DNA of 64,000 nucleotides from an uncultured Lachnospiraceae bacterium (GCA_902788035.1 CADAIL010000007.1:46869-110868); one strand, 5' to 3'; counted from the first letter of the stretch, positions 29,260-40,131 are shown. Numbers and translations: made by a program. The notes: generated from the sequence alone by a model not told the origin.

Positions 29260-30191
29260 TGGGCAAGTATTGTTTTGGTATCGACGTAGGCGGAACCACC
29301 GTAAAGTGCGGACTCTTTGAGACGAGCGGCACCCTCCTTGACAAGTGGGAAATCGTCACACGTACAGAAAACGGCGGTGAAAATGTTCTTCCCGACATCG
29401 CAGCGACGATTATCGCAAAGATGACAGTCAAGGGCATTGCCAAAGAAGATGTTGTCGGTGTGGGCGTAGGCATCCCGGGACCGGTCATGCAGGGTGTCGT
29501 TCCGGTGGCTGTCAACCTTCACTGGGGAGAAAAAAATGTCGAATATGAGCTCGGCAAGATTCTTGACATGAAGGTCCGCGCAGGCAATGACGCCAATGTC
29601 GCAGCCCTCGGCGAGCTCTGGAAAGGCGGCGGAGAAGGCAAGGAGAACCTCATCATGGTCACATTGGGAACAGGTGTCGGCGGCGGCATCATTGTCGACG
29701 GCAAGATCATCGAGGGTTCTCATGGTGCCGGCGGTGAGATCGGACACGCTCACGTAGACGACAACATTAAAGATCCGTGCAACTGCGGCAACTACGGATG
29801 CCTCGAACAGGTCGCGTCCGCAACAGGCGTTGTACGTCTTGCTAAAGAAGAGCTCCAGAGAAACCCGGACGCTGTCACAACCCTGCGCGATCAGGAAGTC
29901 ACATCCAAGGCTGTTTTCGACGCATACAAGGATGGCGATGCCGTCGCTTCCGCGATTGTCAACAGGTTTGCGTCCTATCTCGGAACCGCGCTTGCTACAT
30001 TTGCCTGCGTAACAGATCCGGAAGTTATCGTCATCGGCGGCGGTGTCTCCAAGGCAGGCGAAGTCCTCACAGACATTGTCGGCAAGTACTATCGCACCCG
30101 CGCATTCTCATCCTGCGCCAATACACCGATCGTTCTCGCAAAACTCGGCAACGATGCGGGTATGTACGGAGCTGCCAAGCTCGTCGTATAA
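29259..30191 (+). CDS. glcK: ROK family glucokinase
   Basis: GIDVGGT, NDANVAALGE, TLGTGVGGG, EIGH..CNCGNYGCLE. Confidence 0.93.
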   Translation: MGKYCFGIDVGGTTVKCGLFETSGTLLDKWEIVTRTENGGENVLPDIAATIIAKMTVKGIAKEDVVGVGVGIPGPVMQGVVPVAVNLHWGEKNVEYELGKILDMKVRAGNDANVAALGELWKGGGEGKENLIMVTLGTGVGGGIIVDGKIIEGSHGAGGEIGHAHVDDNIKDPCNCGNYGCLEQVASATGVVRLAKEELQRNPDAVTTLRDQEVTSKAVFDAYKDGDAVASAIVNRFASYLGTALATFACVTDPEVIVIGGGVSKAGEVLTDIVGKYYRTRAFSSCANTPIVLAKLGNDAGMYGAAKLVV

Positions 30192-30218
30192 TTTCTTTTA
30201 ATTTCTGTACAGAAAACA

Positions 30219-30269
30219 AAGAAGCTGCATATGACCGGCACATTCCGTGTCGTCATATGCAGCTTTTTC
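30219..30269. terminator. Bidirectional terminator between convergent glcK and PBP1A
   Basis: AAGCTGCATATGAC-(loop)-GTCATATGCAGCTT with T-tracts. Confidence 0.75.
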
Positions 30270-30327
30270 TCGTCAGAAAGATTCATCCGATTCTGTATGT
30301 CAGGCTCTGATGATACATAACTCTATA

Positions 30328-32970
30328 TCAGTAGTCGCCTTCGTCCTCATCATAACCCTCGTCGTTTCCGCCGCCTCCGTTATCTTCGGACTGCTCCTCA
30401 CCGCCGCCGTTATTATTCTCATCAGTGTGCTGATTATTGCCTTCCTGATTCTCGTTATTGCCCTGATCAGAATGATTCTGCTGATTATTTTGATTCTCCT
30501 GATCCTGCTGACCGGTCTCTGTCTCCTCTTCCTCTTCGTCATCCCAGTCGTAATCCCACCTGTTCCAGTCTTCCTCCTCCTCTTCTTCGTGATACCCGCT
30601 GTGGACACGCCATCCGCCGCAGGTCTCAGTCGGAGCTGTTCCCGGCGCGAAGTACTCCCAATGACTCGGGCAGCTGCCTCTTGGTATAAGCCCGGTCTGA
30701 GAGCAGACCTCCACATGAGTAATGGTGTTCGGAAGCAGGAACTGGATCTTGCTCTGATTCCTTGAAATGCGGTCCATAACTGACTTCCAGAGGATCTGAT
30801 GATAAACATGGTAGATGCCTTCATCCGGAAGATTTTCTGAATCGTCATAGCCTGCCCAGACGCCGCATGTGTAATACGGTGTGTAGCCGACGAACCAGAC
30901 ATCGCGGTAGTCTGTTGTCGTACCGGTCTTACCGGCGACAGGCATGCCGCAGTCAAGACGTACATTCTGACCGGTTCCCTTTGTGACTACGTCCTCCATT
31001 GCATTCGTGAGAAGAGCTGCTGTCTCGCGGGAGATTGCCCGGGTCGTCTCGGGCGTATTGTTGATGACAATATTGCCGTCCTGATCTTCAATTCTTGTGT
31101 AGAAAATCGGTTTGGTGTAATTGCCTTCATTTGCAATTGCCGCAAATGCCGCCGTCAGTTCAAGATTTGTAACACCGTTGTAGATACCGCCGAGGGCAAG
31201 CGGCTGATAAACATCGTTCCTCTCAGACAGTGTCGTAAAGCCGTACTTGAGAAGCTGATTGTATGCAGCCTTCGGTGTGATATCCGTGATCGTCTGCACC
31301 GCGATCGTATTTACGGAATTGATGATCGCGTCCCTGATGTTCATCATGTCGTGTGTATAGGTGTTGTTCGAGTTCGATACCGGAGTGCCGTCCTCGTATG
31401 TAATCTCATCGTCAAGATAGGTCGAAGCGAGAGTCTTCATTCCGCTGTCCAGAGCATAGGAATATGTGGACAGGATCTTGAACGTTGAACCCGGCTGACG
31501 GGTCGAATTCGTCGCTCGATTCAGGGTCAGGGACGCAGTCTTTTCACCGCGGCCGCCGATAAGTCCCTTCACGTAACCGGTCTTCTGATCCATGAGGACC
31601 ATCGAGGACTGCGGTTCCGGAGCACAGGAGAATCTCTCCGCTATGATCACGTCTCCTGCCTCTTCGTTCACCACATGTGATTTATAATCGCTGACAAAGT
31701 TTCTTGCCTGCTCCTCAGATTCAAACGCAAGAATGCTGAATGATGGATCCAGATTTTCACGGTAGAAATTGCGGAGCATCTCACGGCTGTAGTTAGTGAC
31801 CTCACCTTCCGAATTCGCAACGGAAAGAGCCCAGTCAAGCGAATACTTGGTACCTTCCGGGAAGTTCGCGGGGTTGGCGTACACTTCATCCATGATAGCC
31901 TGTATTTCCATATCCTGCGTTGTGTAAATACGCAGACCGCCGGAATAGAGGGCCTGATATGCCTGATTCTCTGTATAGCCCTTCTGACGCATAAGGTCAG
32001 AAACGACCTGCTCTGTCAGTTCGTCGACAAAGTAAGAGTAAATTGTCGTCACCTGCTCGTTGGTGCTCTGGGCGTTAGCGATCCTGTCATAGACCGGGTC
32101 CGCCAGCGCCTCATCCATCGACTGCTGGGAAATATACCCCTGCTCGACCATGTCATTCAGTATCTTTATACGGCGTTCGGCATTTTTCTCCGGCTGTCTG
32201 ATCGGATTATAACGGCTCGGGTTCTGGGTTATACCTGCAATGACTGTGGCCTCAGACAGCGTGAGCGATTCGACATCCTTTCCGAAGTACTTTCTGGAAG
32301 CGGCCTGGACACCGTAGGTGCCTGCCCCGAGGTTGATTGTATTCAGATAGTTCTCAAGAATTCTGTCTTTGGCCGCCTGCTTGCTGCCCAGTTCCTCTTC
32401 AAGTTTTTCCTCAAGTTCAACAGCGAGGAACTGCTCCTGAATCTTTCGCTTGACGCTGTCGACTCTGCTCTCCTCTGTCCAGTTCGTGAAGACGTTATTT
32501 TTCAGCAGCTGCTGGGTGATCGTACTCGCGCCTTCAGTGAAGCGGAATCGGTTGCGGACACCAACGACGAACGCGCGGACAATACCCTTGGCATCAATGC
32601 CGTTGTGCAGGTAAAAACGCTCATCCTCGACTGCAATGACAGCCTTCTGCAGGGCAACCGGAACTTTATCCAGGGAGACCGAAATTCGGTTCGAATTGGA
32701 TGTTGTCAGTTTCTGGAGCTGATTTCCGTCCGAGTCGTAAATAAACGTGGCATAGCCGCTCGGCGCGATATTGACCGATGCGACATCCGGGGTGTTGGCT
32801 ACAATGCCGCTCAGAATGCCGAGTACTCCGAACCCGCCGATCAGGATGACTGAAATGAACGCAATCAGAAGAAGCCGGATCACAATGACTCCGACACGCT
32901 TCTCTATCTCCTGGGAGGTAGACTCGAACTGATCTACTTTGCGTTCAATTGCCTCTGTAGTGTAATTCAT
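30328..32970 (-). CDS. Class A penicillin-binding protein (PBP1A family) with acidic/Asn-rich tail
   Basis: EDERF, GASTITQQL, LENYLN (transglycosylase); RQPGSTFK (SxxK), SVN, KTGT (transpeptidase). Confidence 0.95.
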   Translation of the reverse strand: MNYTTEAIERKVDQFESTSQEIEKRVGVIVIRLLLIAFISVILIGGFGVLGILSGIVANTPDVASVNIAPSGYATFIYDSDGNQLQKLTTSNSNRISVSLDKVPVALQKAVIAVEDERFYLHNGIDAKGIVRAFVVGVRNRFRFTEGASTITQQLLKNNVFTNWTEESRVDSVKRKIQEQFLAVELEEKLEEELGSKQAAKDRILENYLNTINLGAGTYGVQAASRKYFGKDVESLTLSEATVIAGITQNPSRYNPIRQPEKNAERRIKILNDMVEQGYISQQSMDEALADPVYDRIANAQSTNEQVTTIYSYFVDELTEQVVSDLMRQKGYTENQAYQALYSGGLRIYTTQDMEIQAIMDEVYANPANFPEGTKYSLDWALSVANSEGEVTNYSREMLRNFYRENLDPSFSILAFESEEQARNFVSDYKSHVVNEEAGDVIIAERFSCAPEPQSSMVLMDQKTGYVKGLIGGRGEKTASLTLNRATNSTRQPGSTFKILSTYSYALDSGMKTLASTYLDDEITYEDGTPVSNSNNTYTHDMMNIRDAIINSVNTIAVQTITDITPKAAYNQLLKYGFTTLSERNDVYQPLALGGIYNGVTNLELTAAFAAIANEGNYTKPIFYTRIEDQDGNIVINNTPETTRAISRETAALLTNAMEDVVTKGTGQNVRLDCGMPVAGKTGTTTDYRDVWFVGYTPYYTCGVWAGYDDSENLPDEGIYHVYHQILWKSVMDRISRNQSKIQFLLPNTITHVEVCSQTGLIPRGSCPSHWEYFAPGTAPTETCGGWRVHSGYHEEEEEEDWNRWDYDWDDEEEEETETGQQDQENQNNQQNHSDQGNNENQEGNNQHTDENNNGGGEEQSEDNGGGGNDEGYDEDEGDY

Positions 32971-33136
32971 GTATATGATGTCCGCTCTTACGGCGCGGCA
33001 CTCCTCCTTCGAACATAGTCATAGATGGTATTATTTTAAATCAAATAAATCTACATTGCAATATACAAGTCACGACTCAATAATCGCGTTCGCAGCGGGA
33101 TCGCCGCGGTTCGTCGCAGTTCGCCATGGACAGAAA

Positions 33137-33329
33137 AGTTCAGACAGGCTGCATCATCATTTCGTTTCCGGCAGCAGAGCATTCATCTTCGTGAGAAAAA
33201 CATTGCTGGTCCTTCACTGAGAGATCAGCAATGCACATGCATTGCTAAGCTCTCAGATAGGACCTGCGTTTTTCGATGAAGATGATGTCTGCGCCGGATT
33301 CGGGAACTGTCTTGCAGCCTGTCTGAACT
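33137..33329 (+). repeat. Family A element, copy 2
   Basis: AGTTCAGACAGGCTGCA...TGCAGCCTGTCTGAACT with the same internal arms as copy 1. Confidence 0.9.
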
Positions 33330-33531
33330 GTTACAGCGGATATTAATACGGGAAGGCTCCTTACGCGTTAGTCCCTGCGCATCACCAAAAAAAGACTGCC
33401 GTATACGCGGCAGTCTCATATGGGGCCACTGATCAAGAACGTCTCGGCGCTCCTGCCGCGACGTGTGCGGCGATTTTTCCTCCCGCTGCGCACGTCTGCG
33501 ATCCACGATAGTTTTCATTCTGCGTCAGAGA

Positions 33532-35805
33532 TTAAATCTGTTCAGCCTTGTTTTCCACCGGGATCTCATCGGCTTCGTGTTCTTCAGTCTTTTTCTCCTC
33601 CGACTCCATTTTTACCAGGTCGATCATCGGAGCATCCGGGTTCGGAACTGCCATGATCTGCTTCTTAGCAGTTTCCTCCTCACTGACTTGAGGATTTTCT
33701 TCGCTGCCTTCGGGTCCGGAAACAGTGCCCTGCTCTGGTGTTTCACTTCTTTCGCCCGCCTCCGGTGCCGGCCTTCTGACAGGCCTGCGTCTCGGTGTGC
33801 CGTCCGGATTCATCATAGGCCGTCTCGGGCGGCGTCTCGGTGTCCCGTCCGGGTTCATCGGGCGTTCACGGCGCGGAGCCGGGGAACCCGTTTCAGCCTT
33901 GTCGCCGTTATCCGTGATTCTTCCCTCGATCCTCGGGACGGATTCATCTGTTTCCGGGATTCCTTCGACTTCACGGAATATCTTCATGAACTCCTTACCG
34001 GTGATTGTTTCCCTCTGGATCAGATACTCAGCCAGGCGGTCCATGGTGCTCCTGTGCTCGCGAAGCATCCGGAGAGCCTCGGCGTACGACTTCTTAAGTA
34101 TAAGCATGACCTCATGGTCAATCTCGGTCGCCGTCGCGTCGCCGCAGTTCAGATAAGTTCTGCCGTCCAGATACTGATTCTCCTGAGTGACCAGACCGAT
34201 AAGGCCGAACTTCTCGGACATACCGAACTGCGTGATCATCGCGCGGGCAATCTTTGTCGCCTTCTCAATATCATTGGCAGCACCCGTAGTCACAGTATCA
34301 AAAACGATTTCCTCAGCTGCTCTTCCGCCGAGAGCCATGACGATCTGTGCTTCAAGTTCTTTCTTGGTATTAAGGTATTTCTCCTCTTCCGGCACGTTCA
34401 TAACGTAACCGAGCGCCCCCATCGTTCTCGGGATGATGGTGATCTTCTGCACCGGCTCAGCGTTCTTCTGAAGAGCTGAGAGCAGTGCATGACCAATCTC
34501 ATGGTAGGAGACGATACGCCTCTCTTCCACACTGAGGATGCGGTCCTTTTTCTCCTTGCCGACGAGAACGACTTCAACTGCATCCAGCAGGTCCTTCTGG
34601 CTTACCTGGTGGCGTCCGTTCTTGACGGCCAGGATCGCTGCCTCATTGATCATATTGGCAAGATCCGAACCGACCGCGCCGCCTGTGGCAAGGGCAATCG
34701 CGTCGAGGTCTACTGTGTCGTCCATGAGAACATCCTTCGAGTGGACTTTAAGAATCGCAATACGTCCCTTGAGATCCGGTCTGTCAACGATGACACGTCT
34801 GTCAAAACGTCCCGGGCGCAACAGTGCGGGGTCAAGGACCTCCGGCCGGTTGGTAGCTGCTATGATAAGGAGGCCCTTGGATGCCTCGAAACCGTCCATC
34901 TCAGCGAGCAGCTGGTTGAGTGTCTGCTCACGCTCGTCATTGCCGCCGTAGCGGCCGCCGTCGCGTGCCTTACCTATAGCGTCGATCTCATCAATGAAAA
35001 TGATGCACGGCGCGTTCTTCTTCGCCTCCTCAAAGAGGTCACGGACACGGCTCGCGCCGACACCGACGAACATCTCTACAAATTCAGAACCGGACAGCGA
35101 GAAGAAGGGTACATGGGCTTCGCCCGCCACAGCCTTGGCAAGAAGTGTCTTGCCTGTACCGGGAGGTCCGACCAGCAGAGCTCCCTTCGGAAGCTTGGCA
35201 CCGATTTCGGAATACTTGGCCGGGTTGTGCAGGAAATCTACGCACTCCTGAAGGCTTTCCTTGGCCTCATCCTCACCGGCCACATCCTTGAAAGTAACCC
35301 CTGTGTCCTGCTGGATGTAGGTCTTGGCCCTGCTCTTGCCGACGCCCATCATACCGCCGCCGCGGCCCATCCGGTTCATGAAGATGCTGATTATAATCAT
35401 AAAGAGGACGAACGGGATAAGGAATGACAGGATCGAGTAAATGATTTCTGACATCATTGATGCCTCGACTGCCTTGTACTCTACCCCGTATTTTTCAAGG
35501 CGCTTGGTGAGAGCGTTCCCATCCTCGATTGTCTTCGTGTAATACTTGATCGTCCCGACGTCATTGCCGTTCGTTTTCGGAGTGATTTCAATCCGGGAAG
35601 ATCCGATTTCCACACTCGCGATCTCATCGTTCTCGAGCATATCGATGAACTTGTCGTACGTTATCTCTCTGGATGTGCTGGAGTCCAGCGCTCCCGAAAA
35701 AAGACTCATACCGATGAGGCCGACCATGAGGCAGACCAGAAAAATGATCAGGGACTGCCCGTTCCGGTTTCCACCGCTATTGTTCTTGTTATTGTTATCG
35801 TTCAT
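33532..35805 (-). CDS. ftsH: ATP-dependent zinc metalloprotease FtsH
   Basis: Start refined to MNDNNN (RBS GAAAGGAG); [25 protein letters not shown]. Confidence 0.96.
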   Translation of the reverse strand: MNDNNNKNNSGGNRNGQSLIIFLVCLMVGLIGMSLFSGALDSSTSREITYDKFIDMLENDEIASVEIGSSRIEITPKTNGNDVGTIKYYTKTIEDGNALTKRLEKYGVEYKAVEASMMSEIIYSILSFLIPFVLFMIIISIFMNRMGRGGGMMGVGKSRAKTYIQQDTGVTFKDVAGEDEAKESLQECVDFLHNPAKYSEIGAKLPKGALLVGPPGTGKTLLAKAVAGEAHVPFFSLSGSEFVEMFVGVGASRVRDLFEEAKKNAPCIIFIDEIDAIGKARDGGRYGGNDEREQTLNQLLAEMDGFEASKGLLIIAATNRPEVLDPALLRPGRFDRRVIVDRPDLKGRIAILKVHSKDVLMDDTVDLDAIALATGGAVGSDLANMINEAAILAVKNGRHQVSQKDLLDAVEVVLVGKEKKDRILSVEERRIVSYHEIGHALLSALQKNAEPVQKITIIPRTMGALGYVMNVPEEEKYLNTKKELEAQIVMALGGRAAEEIVFDTVTTGAANDIEKATKIARAMITQFGMSEKFGLIGLVTQENQYLDGRTYLNCGDATATEIDHEVMLILKKSYAEALRMLREHRSTMDRLAEYLIQRETITGKEFMKIFREVEGIPETDESVPRIEGRITDNGDKAETGSPAPRRERPMNPDGTPRRRPRRPMMNPDGTPRRRPVRRPAPEAGERSETPEQGTVSGPEGSEENPQVSEEETAKKQIMAVPNPDAPMIDLVKMESEEKKTEEHEADEIPVENKAEQI

Positions 35806-36001
35806 ATTACTCCTTTCGGTCCTGTGCACTTTAGGTGCTTGAAAAACCAAGCTATATTATATGAATTTATAACCGATAATGCAAGGTCTGGCTCCTGCGG
35901 GAGTTGTGAAATTTCTGTAAATTCATTTGCCGCGCCAAATAAGGGCAAATGTTTCTCTGCTCATTTTTTTATGGAAATGAACCCCATAATCTGCTATTAT
36001 A

Positions 36002-36134
36002 ATTCAAGTCTTGCTCGCGAGACTTGGCGCGGGATTTGGGTCAGCGTCAGCTGACATAATCCCATACCAAATCCCTGCGCATCCACGCGGAGCGTTTATC
36101 TCAGTTGTGGGTTGTGACCCACCACTGAGATAAT
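36002..36134 (-). repeat. Family B full composite copy
   Basis: Reverse complement: TTATCTCAGT-hairpin ... GATGCGCAGGGATTTGG...TTATGTCAGCTGACGCTGACCCAAATCCCGCGCCAAGTCTCGCGAGCAAGACTTGAAT. Confidence 0.8.
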
Positions 36135-36178
36135 GTTTTTTTAGAGACAGATCTGACAATTAGATAGTCTAAGGAGGC

Positions 36179-37663
36179 ATGTATATGAAAATCGGTTTCA
36201 GTAATGAAAAGTATCTCGAAATGCAGTCAAACATGATAAGAGAGAGGATCAGTGAGTTCGGCGGCAAGCTTTATCTCGAGTTCGGCGGCAAACTCTTCGA
36301 CGATTACCATGCTTCCAGAGTTCTGCCGGGCTTCCAGCCCGATTCCAAGCTTCGTATGCTGCTCCAGCTGAAAGAACAGACTGAGATCGTCATCGTTATA
36401 TCCGCGACTGATATAGAAAATAATAAAGTCCGCGGCGACCTCGGCATCACATACGACACTGATGTGCTCCGCCTCATGAACGAATTCCAGAGCTGCGGTC
36501 TCTATGTCGGCTCGGTCGTCATCACACATTTTAGAGGTCAGGATGCCGCGATCCTCTTCAGAAATCATCTGGAAAAATACGGTGTGCGCGTTTATCTCCA
36601 CTACCTGATCAAAGGATATCCGAACAATATTCCTCTCATTGTAAGTGACCAGGGCTATGGGAAAAACGATTATATCGAGACGACAAGACCTCTGGTCATC
36701 GTGACGGCTCCGGGTCCGGGATCCGGAAAGCTGGCCACCTGCCTCTCCCAGCTCTATCACGACCACAAACGGGGAATCAACGCCGGCTACGCGAAATTCG
36801 AGACATTCCCGATCTGGAATCTGCCTCTCAAGCATCCGGTCAATCTGGCTTACGAGGCAGCTACGGCCGATCTCAACGATGTCAACATGATCGACCCCTT
36901 CCATCTGGAAGCCTATGGTAAGACCACGGTCAATTACAACAGAGATGTGCAGGCGTTCCCGGTGCTCCAGGCGATCTTCGAGTCCATATACGGTGAGTGC
37001 ACTTACAAGTCTCCCACGGATATGGGCGTCAACATGGCAGGCAACTGCATTATTGACGATGAAGTCTGCAAAGAAGCCTCCAGACAGGAGATCATACGGC
37101 GGTATTATGAGGCTCTTGCAGGCCTTGCCGACGGCACAAGGCGCGAGGAAGAGGCCGATAAAATCGAAGTCATTATGAATCAGGCTCACGTAAAGAAAGA
37201 GGACCGCATCGTTGTAGGTCACGCTCACAAACGCGCGGAGGAGACCGGCGCTGCCGCCACAGCCATTGAGCTCCCGGACGGCGCGATCGTCACCGGCAAG
37301 ACCTCTGACCTGCTCGGACCGACATCTGCAGCCCTGCTCAATGCGCTCAAGGTACTTGCAGGCATTCCGCACTCTGTCAAGATTATCACACCGGAGGCCA
37401 TCGCTCCTATCCAGAAGCTCAAGACGACCTATCTTGGCGGAAAGAACCCGAGGCTCCACACAGATGAGGTCCTTATCGCCCTCTCAACTTCGGCAGCTAC
37501 AGATCCGAACGCGGCGTCCGCGCTCGAAGCTCTTCCGAAGCTCCGCGGCTGCCAGGCTCATTCATCTGTCATGCTCTCACCGGTCGATATCAGACTCATG
37601 AAGAGAATCGGCGTACAGATGACCTGTGAACCGGTCTACGAGAACAAGAAGATTTTCCACTAA
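36179..37663 (+). CDS. DUF1846 (UPF0371) family protein
   Basis: KLYLEFGGKLFDDYHASRVLPGF, GPGSGK.ATCLSQLYH, AKFETFPIWN, YEAATADL family signatures. Confidence 0.9.
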   Translation: MYMKIGFSNEKYLEMQSNMIRERISEFGGKLYLEFGGKLFDDYHASRVLPGFQPDSKLRMLLQLKEQTEIVIVISATDIENNKVRGDLGITYDTDVLRLMNEFQSCGLYVGSVVITHFRGQDAAILFRNHLEKYGVRVYLHYLIKGYPNNIPLIVSDQGYGKNDYIETTRPLVIVTAPGPGSGKLATCLSQLYHDHKRGINAGYAKFETFPIWNLPLKHPVNLAYEAATADLNDVNMIDPFHLEAYGKTTVNYNRDVQAFPVLQAIFESIYGECTYKSPTDMGVNMAGNCIIDDEVCKEASRQEIIRRYYEALAGLADGTRREEEADKIEVIMNQAHVKKEDRIVVGHAHKRAEETGAAATAIELPDGAIVTGKTSDLLGPTSAALLNALKVLAGIPHSVKIITPEAIAPIQKLKTTYLGGKNPRLHTDEVLIALSTSAATDPNAASALEALPKLRGCQAHSSVMLSPVDIRLMKRIGVQMTCEPVYENKKIFH

Positions 37664-37836
37664 AACGCAAACGAGGAGGCTACGCCTCCTCGCAGTTCCG
37701 CATTAATGTGAACGTTACCCGCTCTGCCGGGTCAGAACAGAAAAGCTCCGGTGATTTCTCACCGGAGCCTCTTTTTTTCTGATCTGAGCCGTGCTCGTCA
37801 TTTCCGTGACATCACGAACAAAGCCCGCTTTGAGAA

Positions 37837-38094
37837 TTAAAGGTTAGCCTTAAGGAATGCCTCAAGAGCTGCTGCGTTGGCTTCTTCTGCGCCGCCGGAA
37901 ACCTGAACTTCGATTTCATTGCCCTGCTTTACGCCGAGGGACATGAGGTTCATGAGCTTCTTGCCGTCAGCTGACTTGCCATTTGCAAGAACCTTAACGT
38001 CGGAATCATATTTCTTGATTTCCTTGACAAGAGCGCCTGCCGGACGTGCATGGATACCAACCGGATCTGTGATAACATACTTAAAAGACTTCAT
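37837..38094 (-). CDS. HPr family phosphocarrier protein (His15 present, Lys at position 46)
   Basis: GIHARPA motif; 85 aa. Confidence 0.92.
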   Translation of the reverse strand: MKSFKYVITDPVGIHARPAGALVKEIKKYDSDVKVLANGKSADGKKLMNLMSLGVKQGNEIEVQVSGGAEEANAAALEAFLKANL

Positions 38095-38231
38095 TTTACA
38101 ATCCTCCTAAAGTGTTTTGCCCATTTTGGGCCTGCTCACGTACAAGCTAGTAAATATTATACACCACTTTACTGGAATCGTCACTGATTTTTGGTGATTT
38201 TTTATTATAAAATCACGATTGTTATAGCAGT

Positions 38232-39509
38232 TCAGCCGAGCGCATTCGCAACATCCGCGACCAGATCCTCGGTGTTCTCAAGTCCGCAGGACATTCTGAC
38301 AAGGTTGCCGGCTACGCCGCAGGCATCAAGCTCTTCATCGGTCAGCTGGCGGTGTGTGCTGCTTGCCGGGTGCAGACAGCAGGATCTTGCGTCGGCTACA
38401 TGGGTCTCGATCGCGAATATTCTGAGCTTCTTCATGAACTCTTCCGCCGCAGCTCTTCCGCCTTTGACACCAAAGGATACAACGCCGCAGCTTCCATTCG
38501 GCATGTACTTCATAGCCACGTCATAATACTTATCACCCGGAAGGGACGGATAATTCACGAATTCTGCCTTCGGGGAGGACTTGAGGAATTCAGCCAGAGC
38601 CATGGCGTTCGCGCAGTGCTGTTTCATGCGGACATGCAGGCTCTCAAGACCGAGGTTCAGATAATACGCGTTCTGCGGCGACTGGATCGATCCGAAATCA
38701 CGCATGAGCTGAGCGGTCGCCTTTGTGATAAACGCGCCCTCCTTGCCGAATTTCTCCGCATATGTGATGCCGTGATAGCTGTCATCCGGAGTCGTGAGAC
38801 CCGGGAACTTATCAGCGTGAGCCATCCAGTCAAATCTGCCGGAATCGACGATCGCGCCGCCGACTGCGGAGCCGTGGCCATCCATATACTTAGTCGTAGA
38901 ATGTGTGATAATGTCGACTCCGAACTCGAACGGACGGCAGTTTACCGGTGTCGGGAATGTATTGTCAACTATGAACGGAACGCCGTGCGCGTGGGCTGCA
39001 GACGCGAACTTCTCAAAGTCAATTACGGTCAGGGCCGGGTTGGCAATGCTCTCGCCAAAGACAGCCTTTGTATTCGGTCTGAAGGCAGCTTCAAGCTCTT
39101 CCTCTGTGCAGTCCGGGGATACGAATGTAAATTCGATGCCCATCTTGCGCATTGTCACATTGAACAGGTTGAAAGTTCCGCCATAGATGGAGGAGCTGGA
39201 GATGATGTGGTCGCCTGCATTTGCAATATTGAAAATCGCGAAGAAGTTGGCGGCCTGGCCCGAGGATGTCAGCATGCCTGCAGTACCGCCCTCCATAGCG
39301 GCGATCTTGGCTGCGACAAGGTCATTCGTCGGGTTCTGCAGACGAGTGTAGAAATAGCCGCTCGCCTCAAGGTCAAAGAGCTTTGCCATATCCGCGCTGG
39401 TGTCGTACTTGAATGTCGTGCTCTGATAAATCGGGACCTCTCTCGGCTCACCGTTCTGAGGACGATAACCACTCTGAACACATTTTGTCTCAATATTCCA
39501 TTTATCCAT
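38232..39509 (-). CDS. metY: O-acetylhomoserine aminocarboxypropyltransferase (MetY/CysD family)
   Basis: PIYQST, YTRLQNPT, DNTF, HSTTKYMDGHG (PLP Lys), HPASSTH, RMSCGLE. Confidence 0.92.
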   Translation of the reverse strand: MDKWNIETKCVQSGYRPQNGEPREVPIYQSTTFKYDTSADMAKLFDLEASGYFYTRLQNPTNDLVAAKIAAMEGGTAGMLTSSGQAANFFAIFNIANAGDHIISSSSIYGGTFNLFNVTMRKMGIEFTFVSPDCTEEELEAAFRPNTKAVFGESIANPALTVIDFEKFASAAHAHGVPFIVDNTFPTPVNCRPFEFGVDIITHSTTKYMDGHGSAVGGAIVDSGRFDWMAHADKFPGLTTPDDSYHGITYAEKFGKEGAFITKATAQLMRDFGSIQSPQNAYYLNLGLESLHVRMKQHCANAMALAEFLKSSPKAEFVNYPSLPGDKYYDVAMKYMPNGSCGVVSFGVKGGRAAAEEFMKKLRIFAIETHVADARSCCLHPASSTHRQLTDEELDACGVAGNLVRMSCGLENTEDLVADVANALG

Positions 39510-39689
39510 TACTGTCTCCTCTCTAACGCTAAAGCACCGGCGTTTTCCGGGCTTTATTGTTCCACACGGGGATCTTCGCCCCCCACTAATCAGATATATT
39601 ATCGGAAGCGCTTCGCGAACCCGATAATCATAATGCAGGCGATTTTATCGCCCTTTTATCAGGAGTTCCTTTCGGAACCTCCGATAAGT

Positions 39690-39718
39690 ATATTACCAGA
39701 TGACAGTTTTATGGACAA
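39690..39718 (-). promoter_or_regulatory. Putative sigma-A promoter of metY with a ~175-nt structured leader
   Basis: TTGTCC-17 nt-TAATAT on the minus strand. Confidence 0.55.
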
Positions 39719-39870
39719 GTACTCTCTTTACATCGGGGCTGCATGGAGCTTAGTGCAGAGCTTGGCCATGGAGCTTGGCCGTCGCGACAGTTCATTTCCT
39801 GCTTCTAGCATTCTCTACTGTCACAGTCTATGCTCGACAGTATAAAACTAAGAATGACTTTTCTCATCGG

Positions 39871-40131
39871 TCACTCCCAGTAATGCCGCCGGCGATTCTT
39901 TCTAAAGCGCTGCTCCCGGGAATTCTTTCCCTCGTCAGGATCTATTTCCATTCTCTGCGGATCCGGGTCATCTTCATAGCGCCAGATGAATCCGCCGTCT
40001 GTCTTTCTCTCACGCCGGCACACGCTGGATATATGCGTTATATTATAAATCGCCTGCGGCTCCCTTATAGTCCTGTATCTCTGGATTTCCTCCATGTTCT
40101 GTGTGTACTGGATGACTCTCTTTTCCCTCAT
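39871..40131 (-). CDS. Stand-alone NUMOD1-like (homing-endonuclease-associated) DNA-binding domain protein
   Basis: KRVIQYTQNMEEIQRYRTIRE....NITHISSVCRRERKTDGGFIWRY follows the K.V.QY..I..Y.SI.EA..IS..C...KT.GG..W.Y pattern; RBS AAGGAAGAGAGG. Confidence 0.75.
   Translation of the reverse strand: MREKRVIQYTQNMEEIQRYRTIREPQAIYNITHISSVCRRERKTDGGFIWRYEDDPDPQRMEIDPDEGKNSREQRFRKNRRRHYWE

Noticed and set aside
30328-30600. Low-complexity E/N/Q/G tail of PBP1A and acidic linkers of the SLH proteins
   Set aside because: Common disordered spacers in Clostridia envelope proteins.
39656-39687. SMK (SAM-III) riboswitch suggested by GTTCCGAAAGG
   Set aside because: Lacks the CCCG anti-SD and the downstream TTGTAACC element; it folds as a simple hairpin.
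38352-39845. 497-aa plus-strand ORF (and similar long antisense ORFs such as 33463..34479, 36227..37459, 16085..17215, 18278..19099)
   Set aside because: They are shadows of well-supported genes on the opposite strand, with no RBS or recognisable motifs; expected at this GC content and codon bias.
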